Shown: positions 18,407-25,803 of the stretch, one piece after another
Numbering within the stretch: position 1 is the stretch's first letter
How the letters are laid out: every line of letters starts with the position of its first letter
Source: Prevotella sp.
GTDB lineage: Bacteria > Bacteroidota > Bacteroidia > Bacteroidales > Bacteroidaceae
DNA length: 64,000 bases
Direction of reading: 5' to 3'
NCBI GenBank assembly: GCA_022775105.1
Contig: JALFIX010000141.1
Location: forward strand, 7,614 to 71,613
The notes under the pieces: model-generated
What the model was told of the DNA's origin: nothing
Databases searched by the model: none
The model's input: the letters and a program-made list of their open reading frames with translations, nothing else
Made by a program: the position numbers and the translations under genes

Positions 18407-18676
18407 ATGTATTTAGATCAGGCAAAAAAACAAGAGATCTTTGGACAGTACGGAAAGTCTAACACTGATACTGGTTCTGCTGAGAGCCAGATAGCATTGT
18501 TCTCATACCGTATTTCCCACTTGACGGAACATCTGAAGAAGAACCGTAAAGATTATACTACTGCAAGATCCCTGACCCAGCTCGTAGGTAAGCGTCGCGC
18601 CCTGCTCGACTATCTCTACGACCGCGACATCAATCGCTATCGTGCGATTATTAAGGCTCTCGGACTCCGTAAGTAA
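18407..18676 (+). CDS. rpsO: 30S ribosomal protein S15
   Basis: 89 aa; ...TGSAESQIALFSYRISHLTEHLKKNRKDYTTARSLTQLVGKRRALLDYL... is canonical S15. Confidence 0.95.
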   Translation: MYLDQAKKQEIFGQYGKSNTDTGSAESQIALFSYRISHLTEHLKKNRKDYTTARSLTQLVGKRRALLDYLYDRDINRYRAIIKALGLRK

Positions 18677-18696
18677 GTAGGAAGCTGAAAGACATC

Positions 18697-18732
18697 AATC
18701 CCGCAGACCATTCGGCTTGCGGGATTATTTTT
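18697..18732 (+). terminator. Rho-independent-type terminator/attenuator after rpsO
   Basis: AATCCCGCA...TGCGGGATT stem followed by ATTTTT. No promoter box is seen before typA, so read-through is possible. Confidence 0.65.
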
Positions 18733-18751
18733 ACAGAAGAAAGGAAAACAA

Positions 18752-20551
18752 ATGCAAGATATTAGAAACATTGCAATTATTGCCCATGTTGACCATGGCA
18801 AGACTACCCTGGTGGATAAGATGATGCTCGCGGGTAACCTTTTCCGTGATGGACAAGACCTCAGCGGGCAGGTTTTGGATAGCAACGATTTGGAGCGTGA
18901 GAGAGGTATCACTATCCTCTCGAAAAACGTGTCCATTAACTGGAAAGGAACGAAAATCAACATTATCGATACTCCGGGACACTCTGACTTCGGTGGTGAG
19001 GTTGAGCGTGTGCTTAATATGGCTGACGGTTGTCTGTTGCTCGTGGATGCCTTTGAAGGTCCGATGCCACAGACGCGATTCGTGCTGCAGAAGGCTTTGC
19101 AGATAGGACTGAAACCAATTGTCGTGGTTAACAAGGTGGACAAGCCTAACTGTCGCCCGGAAGAGGTGTATGAGATGGTGTTCGACCTGATGTTCTCGCT
19201 TAACGCAACGGAAGACCAATTGGATTTCCCCGTTGTATATGGTTCGGCTAAGAACGGATGGATGAGTGCCGACTACAACAAGCCTACTGACAATATCACA
19301 TACTTGCTTGACAAGATTGTGGAGGTGATACCTGCACCAAAGGTGATAGAGGGTACTCCGCAGATGCTCATCACGTCGCTCGACTATTCGAGCTACACCG
19401 GACGTATTGCCGTGGGCAGGGTGCATCGTGGTGTGCTTACTGAGGGTCAGAACATATCCATATCGCATCGCGACGGAAAGATTGAGAAGACAAAGATTAA
19501 GGAACTGCACGTGTTTGACGGTATGAGCCGCAAGAAGGTGGCTGAGGTGCAGAGTGGCGACATCTGTGCCATCATCGGTCTTGATAGATTTGAGATTGGC
19601 GACACCATCTGCGACTTTGAGAATCCCGAACCGCTGCCTCCCATTGCCATCGACGAACCGACAATGTCGATGCTCTTCACTATCAACGACTCGCCGTTCT
19701 TCGGTCGTGAGGGTAAGTTTGTTACATCGCGTCATATCAACGACCGTCTGCAGAAGGAACTTGAGAAGAACCTGGCATTGAGGGTTAGACAGTTTGAGGA
19801 TTCCACCGACAAGTGGGTGGTCAGCGGGCGTGGCGTGCTGCATCTGTCAGTACTCATCGAGACAATGCGCCGTGAGGGATATGAACTGCAGGTGGGTCAA
19901 CCTCAGGTTATATATAAGGAAATCAACGGCGAGAAGTGTGAGCCTATTGAGGAGATGACAATCAACGTGCCCGAGGAGTTCGCATCAAAGATGATTGATA
20001 TGGTGACTCGCCGCAAGGGTGAGATGACATCTATGGAAACACAGGGCGACCGTGTTAATATCGAATTTGACGTGCCTTCAAGAGGTATTATCGGTCTTCG
20101 CACCAATGTGCTGACGGCAAGTCAGGGTGAGGCTATCATGGCTCATAGATTCAAGGAGTACCAGCCTTATAAGGGAGACATCGCAAGGCGTGTGGCAGGT
20201 TCGATGATTGCCCTTGAGAACGGTACTGCATACGCTTATTCAATAGACAAACTGCAGGATCGCGGTAAGTTCTTCATCGACCCAGGTGACGAGGTTTATG
20301 CCGGTGAGGTGGTTGGAGAGCATGTGCATGACAACGACTTGGTGGTGAACGTGGCAAAGGCAAAGCAGTTGACCAATACCCGTGCCAGCGGTTCGGACGA
20401 CAAGGCACGCATCGTGCCTCGAACAGTACTTTCGCTCGAAGAGGCTCTCGAATATATCAAGGAGGACGAACTTGTGGAGGTTACTCCCAAGAGTATGCGT
20501 ATGCGCAAGACAATCCTCGACCATAACGAGAGAAAGAAGGCGAGCAAGTGA
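18752..20551 (+). CDS. typA: Translational GTPase TypA/BipA
   Basis: 599 aa; IRNIAIIAHVDHGKTTLVD (G1), DTPGHSDFGGEVER (G3), NKVDK (G4); length and C-terminal domain fit BipA. Confidence 0.95.
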   Translation: MQDIRNIAIIAHVDHGKTTLVDKMMLAGNLFRDGQDLSGQVLDSNDLERERGITILSKNVSINWKGTKINIIDTPGHSDFGGEVERVLNMADGCLLLVDAFEGPMPQTRFVLQKALQIGLKPIVVVNKVDKPNCRPEEVYEMVFDLMFSLNATEDQLDFPVVYGSAKNGWMSADYNKPTDNITYLLDKIVEVIPAPKVIEGTPQMLITSLDYSSYTGRIAVGRVHRGVLTEGQNISISHRDGKIEKTKIKELHVFDGMSRKKVAEVQSGDICAIIGLDRFEIGDTICDFENPEPLPPIAIDEPTMSMLFTINDSPFFGREGKFVTSRHINDRLQKELEKNLALRVRQFEDSTDKWVVSGRGVLHLSVLIETMRREGYELQVGQPQVIYKEINGEKCEPIEEMTINVPEEFASKMIDMVTRRKGEMTSMETQGDRVNIEFDVPSRGIIGLRTNVLTASQGEAIMAHRFKEYQPYKGDIARRVAGSMIALENGTAYAYSIDKLQDRGKFFIDPGDEVYAGEVVGEHVHDNDLVVNVAKAKQLTNTRASGSDDKARIVPRTVLSLEEALEYIKEDELVEVTPKSMRMRKTILDHNERKKASK

Positions 20552-20581
20552 TGTAACTGTTCTACGAATTCGGTTAATTTA

Positions 20582-20629
20582 AACACAAAGACACAAAGGA
20601 ACTACTTTGTTTCTTCGTGTCTTTGTGTT
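20582..20629. repeat. Compact hairpin of the AACACAAAGACAC family after typA
   Basis: AACACAAAGACACAAAGGAAC-TA-CTTTGTTTCTTCGTGTCTTTGTGTT; the outer 13 bp pair perfectly. Confidence 0.8.
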
Positions 20630-20665
20630 AAAAATATTATTCCCAGAACAGTTTCCAAAAGATTA

Positions 20666-21358
20666 TTAATTATTAATTCTTAACAAGAATTCCCTTGTCG
20701 TTTCGAAAGAGTTGTCGGCAATGGTATTCCAAAAGTCGTGATACATTGCGGCATTGGTGTCATTTAGGGGAATGTCGCTGATTACACGGAAGGAAATGAA
20801 CGGTATGCCGTAGATATGGCATGTCTGCGCTATTGCCGCCGACTCCATATCTACGGCTGCTGCTTCGGGGAAATGTCCCACAATCTCGCGCATTTTCTCC
20901 TTTGAGTCAACAAACCAGTCGCCGGTGACTATTAATCCGGCATGTACCCTTGGTGATACCGCCTTGGCTTTCTCCACAAGTTCAGATGGAGAGGTATAGC
21001 GTGCAGGCATACCCTGCACCTGACCATATACGGTTTTCCCCATCGCCTCACCGCAATAGACATCGTGATATGCAAGTTCGGTGCTTGCCACGATGTCCAT
21101 CACCTCCATGTCGGTGCGTCCGCCTCCGGCACATCCTGTGCTTACCATCAAATCGGGGTTATATCGGCGAATCATCTCGCTGGCTCCAATGGCAGCGTTC
21201 ACCTTTCCGATACCACACTGATGGAGCACAAGTTCATTGTCTCCAAGTCTTCCCGTGACGAATTTTCTGCCTCCGTCAATCTCGACCTTAAGTCCGTCGA
21301 GCAGTTCGCTTATGCGACGGAATTCCTTGTCCATCGCGATAATTATGCCAATCTTCAT
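20666..21358 (-). CDS. mtnN: 5'-methylthioadenosine/S-adenosylhomocysteine nucleosidase
   Basis: 230 aa; MKIGIIIAMDKE, VSTGCAGG and AVDMESAAIAQTC motifs of the Pfs/MtnN family. Confidence 0.88.
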   Translation of the reverse strand: MKIGIIIAMDKEFRRISELLDGLKVEIDGGRKFVTGRLGDNELVLHQCGIGKVNAAIGASEMIRRYNPDLMVSTGCAGGGRTDMEVMDIVASTELAYHDVYCGEAMGKTVYGQVQGMPARYTSPSELVEKAKAVSPRVHAGLIVTGDWFVDSKEKMREIVGHFPEAAAVDMESAAIAQTCHIYGIPFISFRVISDIPLNDTNAAMYHDFWNTIADNSFETTREFLLRINN

Positions 21359-21359
21359 G

Positions 21360-21464
21360 TTATAATTCTTTTAACCACCTTTTCCCTGGTTTTGTATATG
21401 AAAATATAACAAGCGATACACCAACAAAGGCACAAATCCCAAACAATAACTCAAGCATTTCCAT
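21360..21464 (-). CDS. Candidate 34-aa hydrophobic micro-ORF (not in the ORF track)
   Basis: ATG 21464-21462 ... TAA 21362-21360 translates to MEMLELLFGICAFVGVSLVIFSYTKPGKRWLKEL, one TM-like helix with a basic tail. It starts 1 nt after the upstream stop and ends 1 nt before the mtnN ATG. Confidence 0.3.
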   Translation of the reverse strand: MEMLELLFGICAFVGVSLVIFSYTKPGKRWLKEL

Positions 21465-21465
21465 A

Positions 21466-21714
21466 TTATCTATATTTTAATATTTGATTAGCAAATAAAG
21501 CAAGAGAAGATGTTGCAATTAATCCCAAAACAAAAATACTCCAATTAATAATTTTTGTATCATCTGTTAATAAAGGACTAAGTCCACCTAAAACTAAAGC
21601 TGCAAAAATCAGTTTTGCAAGATCAAAGAAAAATCCCGCAAGTTTTTCTCTGCGCAAATTATTTCTTTGCTCAACCTTTTCGTTTGCTTTTCTTTTAGTC
21701 TCAAATTCACTCAT
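21466..21714 (-). CDS. Small two-TM membrane protein, unknown function
   Basis: The ORF is open from 21732, but a TAtcTTTG box (21730-21737, minus strand) overlaps that codon, so ATG 21714 (MSEFETKRKANEK...) is more likely. A charged N-terminus is followed by two hydrophobic helices. Spot counts give ~27-30% GC. Confidence 0.5.
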   Translation of the reverse strand: MSEFETKRKANEKVEQRNNLRREKLAGFFFDLAKLIFAALVLGGLSPLLTDDTKIINWSIFVLGLIATSSLALFANQILKYR

Positions 21715-21729
21715 AGTTTTTTTTTGGGG

Positions 21730-21737
21730 CAAAGATA
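21730..21737 (-). promoter_or_regulatory. -7 box TAtcTTTG (minus strand) for the small-ORF/mtnN unit
   Basis: Plus strand reads CAAAGATA; lies ~16 nt upstream of ATG 21714. Confidence 0.4.
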
Positions 21738-21821
21738 GTGCTTTTTATTGTAATAACCAAGAAAAGGACAATAAAATATTGTTTTTTTTGTTTAGTATGC
21801 TTAAAGTTCTATTTTTTTTTG

Positions 21822-21829
21822 TAACTTTG
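21822..21829 (+). promoter_or_regulatory. -7 box TAacTTTG upstream of the YfhO-like gene
   Basis: TAnnTTTG match 30 nt upstream of ATG 21859. Confidence 0.5.
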
Positions 21830-21858
21830 TGCCCGAAAAACAAAAAACATTGATATCG

Positions 21859-24330
21859 ATGAATAGATTTAAGAAGTGGCTGCCGGATATTTTGGCAGTG
21901 TTGTTGTTTGTGGTTTTATCATTTGCATACTTCTTTCCAGCTGACATGGAAGGACGTATATTGTATAGGCACGACTCCGCTGCAGGGGCAGGATTCGGAC
22001 AGGATGCGTCGCAGTATAACAAGCAGACGGGAGAGATTTGCCGTTGGACAAATTCTGCCTTTTGTGGTATGCCAACATACCAGAGTGCGCCGTCCTATAA
22101 AAGCATGGATGCCCTGCATGGCGTGGCTGACGCATATCATCTGTGGTTGCCTGACTATGTATGGTATCTTTTCGCATACCTTCTTGGATTCTATATCTTG
22201 CTGAGGGCATTCGACTTCCGTCAGTCATTAGCAGCCTTAGGTTCTGTGCTTTGGGCTTTCAGCACATATTTCCTGATTATCATTGCTGCCGGACATTACT
22301 GGAAGGTGATGGCGTTGGCATATCTGCCGCCAATGATAGCCGGTATAATTTTGGCTTATAGAGGTAAGTATCTGTGGGGATTGGTGGTTACTGCCATCTT
22401 CGCGGCACTGGAAGTGCAGGCAAACCATGTGCAGATGACTTACTATTTCCTGTTTGTAATATTGGCAATGGTGGTGGCTTATTTTGTGGATGCCTTGCGC
22501 AAGCGTCAGTTGGTTCATTTCCTGAAAGCATCGGGAGTGTGTGCCGCCGGTGCGTTGATTGGTATTTTGGTGAATATCTCCAATCTTTATCACACTTGGG
22601 AGTACAGCAAGGAATCAATGAGAGGCAAGAGCGAACTCGTGAAGGCCAATTCCGCCAATCAGACGAGCAGCGGTCTTGACCGTGACTATATCACACAATG
22701 GAGCTATGGAATAGAAGAGACACTTACATTGCTCATCCCAAATGCCAAGGGAGGAGCTACAGTGCCTCTCACCCAAAGCAAGACTGCCATGGAGAAGGCT
22801 GATAACAACTATACTTATATTTATCAGCAGTTGGGACAGTATTGGGGTGACCAGCCTATGACCAGCGGCCCTGTATATGTGGGAGCGTTTGTGGTGTTCC
22901 TTTTCCTTTTGGGACTTTTTATTGTCAAGGGACCTGTCAAGTGGGCTTTGCTTGCTGCCACCATACTGTCGATACTGTTGTCATGGGGACGCAACTTCAT
23001 GCCGTTCACAGACTTCTTCCTCGACTATGTGCCGATGTATGCCAAGTTCCGCACAGTGGCTTCGATATTGGTAATAGCGGAGTTCACCATGCCGTTGCTT
23101 GCCATGTTGGCATTGAAGAAAGTGATTGACGAACCTGATTATATCAAGAGCCATAAGAAATACCTGTACATCAGTTTTGCCTTTACGGCAGGTCTTTGCC
23201 TGTTGTTTGATATATGTCCGGGTATGTTTGAATATATTTCTGCTCAGGAGCGTCAGGCATTTGCTGGTGCGCCGGCTGATCAGCTCGCGCCTCTGTTCGC
23301 AAATCTCAAGGAGATGCGCGAAGCTGTGTTTACAGCTGACTGCCGTCGTTCTCTGTTTGTGATATGTGCAGGATGCGTGCTGGTGTTCTTGTATCTGCGT
23401 GGAAAGATGAAGATGCAGTATTACGTGGGTCTTACCTTGGTGCTTTGTCTTGCCGACCTTTGGATTGTCAACAAGCGTTATCTCAATGACGAGATGTTCG
23501 TGGAGGCGAGTGTCAAAGACCAACCGGTGCGTAAGGACGGTTCAATCGATTTCATCCTTCATGACAAGTCGTTGGGTTATCGTGTGCTTAATCTCTCAAC
23601 GAGCACGTTCAATGAGAATGAGACATCTTACTATGTTAATAGTATTGGAGGTTATCACCCTGCCAAGCTGCGCCGCTACCAGGAGTTGGTGGACGCCCAT
23701 GTGCATAAAGAGATGGGAGCCATCTTCAATGCAGTCAGCAAGGCTCAGGGCGACATGACAAAGGTGAATGGCGACAGCATTTACCCCGTATTGAACATGC
23801 TCAATGCCAAATATTTCATATTGCCGCTCGAAGGTGGGCAGACAGTGCCTCTGACAAATCCGTATGTATATGGCAGCGCATGGATGGTGGATAAGGTGAC
23901 ATACGTTGACAATGCCAACAAGGAGTTGGATGCTCTCTCGAAAATGTCATTGCGTCATGAGGCAGTGGCTGACAAAAAGTTCAGCGAGGTGCTTGGAAAC
24001 AGCAATACGCAGGACGGCGAGAGTGTGGTGACACTGAAGGTGTATGGTCCTAACCATGCCGAGTATGATGTGAATACCACTAAGGGCGGTGTTGTTGTTT
24101 TCTCTGAGATATATTATCCGGGATGGACAGCCACAGTGGATGGTGAACCTGTGGAGGTAGGACGCGTGAACTATGTCCTGCGCGCCATCAAGGTGAAGCC
24201 AGGAAACCATAAGGTAATCCTGAACTTCGACCCGCAGACGGTGAAGACCACAGAGACAATAGCATATATAGCATACGCTCTGTTGCTGTTAGTCATAGTG
24301 TTCCTTGGAGCAAGAAAACTGAGGCGATAA
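21859..24330 (+). CDS. YfhO-family polytopic membrane protein (putative glycosyl-transfer/lipid-linked glycan function)
   Basis: ~823 aa counted from ATG 21859 (MNRFKKWLPDILAVLLFVVLSFAYFFPA...). The track start at 21829 overlaps the promoter box. Many TM helices and a large C-terminal extracytoplasmic domain, as in Bacteroidales YfhO-like proteins. Confidence 0.8.
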   Translation: MNRFKKWLPDILAVLLFVVLSFAYFFPADMEGRILYRHDSAAGAGFGQDASQYNKQTGEICRWTNSAFCGMPTYQSAPSYKSMDALHGVADAYHLWLPDYVWYLFAYLLGFYILLRAFDFRQSLAALGSVLWAFSTYFLIIIAAGHYWKVMALAYLPPMIAGIILAYRGKYLWGLVVTAIFAALEVQANHVQMTYYFLFVILAMVVAYFVDALRKRQLVHFLKASGVCAAGALIGILVNISNLYHTWEYSKESMRGKSELVKANSANQTSSGLDRDYITQWSYGIEETLTLLIPNAKGGATVPLTQSKTAMEKADNNYTYIYQQLGQYWGDQPMTSGPVYVGAFVVFLFLLGLFIVKGPVKWALLAATILSILLSWGRNFMPFTDFFLDYVPMYAKFRTVASILVIAEFTMPLLAMLALKKVIDEPDYIKSHKKYLYISFAFTAGLCLLFDICPGMFEYISAQERQAFAGAPADQLAPLFANLKEMREAVFTADCRRSLFVICAGCVLVFLYLRGKMKMQYYVGLTLVLCLADLWIVNKRYLNDEMFVEASVKDQPVRKDGSIDFILHDKSLGYRVLNLSTSTFNENETSYYVNSIGGYHPAKLRRYQELVDAHVHKEMGAIFNAVSKAQGDMTKVNGDSIYPVLNMLNAKYFILPLEGGQTVPLTNPYVYGSAWMVDKVTYVDNANKELDALSKMSLRHEAVADKKFSEVLGNSNTQDGESVVTLKVYGPNHAEYDVNTTKGGVVVFSEIYYPGWTATVDGEPVEVGRVNYVLRAIKVKPGNHKVILNFDPQTVKTTETIAYIAYALLLLVIVFLGARKLRR

Positions 24331-24331
24331 A

Positions 24332-25663
24332 TTACTCCACATAATTGTGTGTTACGTTGTGGCGAATATATGAGCTATGACCGTATTCCGCCACAACGCA
24401 GAAGCAGATGAAAACGAGGATAAATGAGACATTAGTGGCGGGCAGAGCCATGAATGTCCAGTTCATGTCTATTATGAATGCCTGAAGAGGCGGGAATACC
24501 GAACCACCGAGGATGGACATGATAAGACCGGCTCCGCCAATCTTCACGTTGTCGCCTACACCACGAAGGGCAATGCCATATATGGTAGGGAACATCAGCG
24601 ACATGGTGGCACTGACAGCCACAAGGCAATAAAGACCGTTGCGGTCGGTGAAAAGAATAACACCGGCAGTAGCTGACGCCGCCACTACGGCAAGAATCAT
24701 AAGCAATCGCCCGGGTTGGATGTATTTCAGGAACCATGTACAGATAAACCTGCTCACGGTAAAGAATACGAGAGCCACAATATTGTATTTCTGTGACAGT
24801 ATTTCTGCTGCACGCTCATCCATGCCCTCATTCATGAATATGTGGGTTCCATACTGTATAATAAACGTCCAGCACATCACCTGGGCACCGATATAGAAGA
24901 ACTGTGCGATTACACCCTCGCGATAGTTGGCTGTGTGGTATAGTTCACGCAGGGAGGTGCTGAGTTTCTTGCCCGAGTGGGTGTCCCCGTTCTTAGGCAT
25001 GCTGGTGACACGGATAAGGACAAGTAGGAGGATTACTGCGGCACCTATATATACGTATGGTTGGATAAGTACCCCCAGGTCGTGGTCGCGTATGATATTA
25101 AATTGTATGTCAGTCAATCCCTTGCGAGTCTCTGAATCCATAGGACTCATTCTTGCCTGCACATATTCCATGGCGACATACATGCCTGCCAGACATCCTA
25201 TTGGGTTGAATGCCTGGGCAAGGTTAAGACGCTGGGTGGCTGTCTCCTCGCTTCCCATACAGTAAATATAAGGATTGCAGCTCGTCTCAAGGAATGACAA
25301 ACCGCAAGTCATTATGAAGTAGGCAAGCAGGAAGGGGTAATAAATTCCCGTCATCTTTGCCGGCAGGAACAGCAGAGCGCCTGCGGCATACAATCCGAGA
25401 CCTATCATAACACCCGCCTTGAACGAATATTTCTGTATGAATATGGCAGCAGGGAATGCCATAACAAAGTAGCCCAAGTAAAATGCTACTTGGACGAATG
25501 CACCTTCTGTAACACTCATCCTGAAAATCTTTGAGAATGCTTTTACCATAGGACTTGTCACGTCGTTGGCAAATCCCCACAGGGCAAAGCACGCTGTCAC
25601 CATAATGAATGGAATGAGCAGGCTCACTCCGTCTTTGGTCAATAATCCATTGTTTTTTTCCAT
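24332..25663 (-). CDS. fucP: L-fucose:H+ symporter (MFS, FucP family)
   Basis: Best start is ATG 25663 (MEKNNGLLTKDG...). ..FALWGFANDVTSPMVKAFSKIF.. and 12-TM organisation resemble FucP. The gene is divergent from fkp. Confidence 0.85.
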   Translation of the reverse strand: MEKNNGLLTKDGVSLLIPFIMVTACFALWGFANDVTSPMVKAFSKIFRMSVTEGAFVQVAFYLGYFVMAFPAAIFIQKYSFKAGVMIGLGLYAAGALLFLPAKMTGIYYPFLLAYFIMTCGLSFLETSCNPYIYCMGSEETATQRLNLAQAFNPIGCLAGMYVAMEYVQARMSPMDSETRKGLTDIQFNIIRDHDLGVLIQPYVYIGAAVILLLVLIRVTSMPKNGDTHSGKKLSTSLRELYHTANYREGVIAQFFYIGAQVMCWTFIIQYGTHIFMNEGMDERAAEILSQKYNIVALVFFTVSRFICTWFLKYIQPGRLLMILAVVAASATAGVILFTDRNGLYCLVAVSATMSLMFPTIYGIALRGVGDNVKIGGAGLIMSILGGSVFPPLQAFIIDMNWTFMALPATNVSFILVFICFCVVAEYGHSSYIRHNVTHNYVE

Positions 25664-25693
25664 GTCTTTAGGCTTTTTATTATCAATCGGGCG

Positions 25694-25701
25694 CAAAAGT
25701 A
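25694..25701 (-). promoter_or_regulatory. -7 box TActTTTG (minus strand) upstream of fucP
   Basis: Plus strand reads CAAAAGTA; 31 nt upstream of ATG 25663. Confidence 0.5.
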
Positions 25702-25717
25702 CAAATATTTTTGGAGA

Positions 25718-25755
25718 AAATGCAAGATTTATCAAATAAATGCAAGTTTTATCAA
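25718..25755. promoter_or_regulatory. Two 18-bp direct repeats AAATGCAAG[AT]TTTATCAA (20-bp spacing) between the fucP and fkp promoter boxes; candidate operator
   Basis: 25718-25735 and 25738-25755 differ at one position and lie between the two divergent -7 boxes. Confidence 0.4.
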
Positions 25756-25765
25756 TTATTTCCAT

Positions 25766-25773
25766 TAACTTTG
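25766..25773 (+). promoter_or_regulatory. -7 box TAacTTTG upstream of fkp
   Basis: TAnnTTTG match 31 nt upstream of ATG 25804. Confidence 0.5.
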
Positions 25774-25803
25774 CCGAAAAAAGTTGCATACTAAGAACAA
25801 AAT

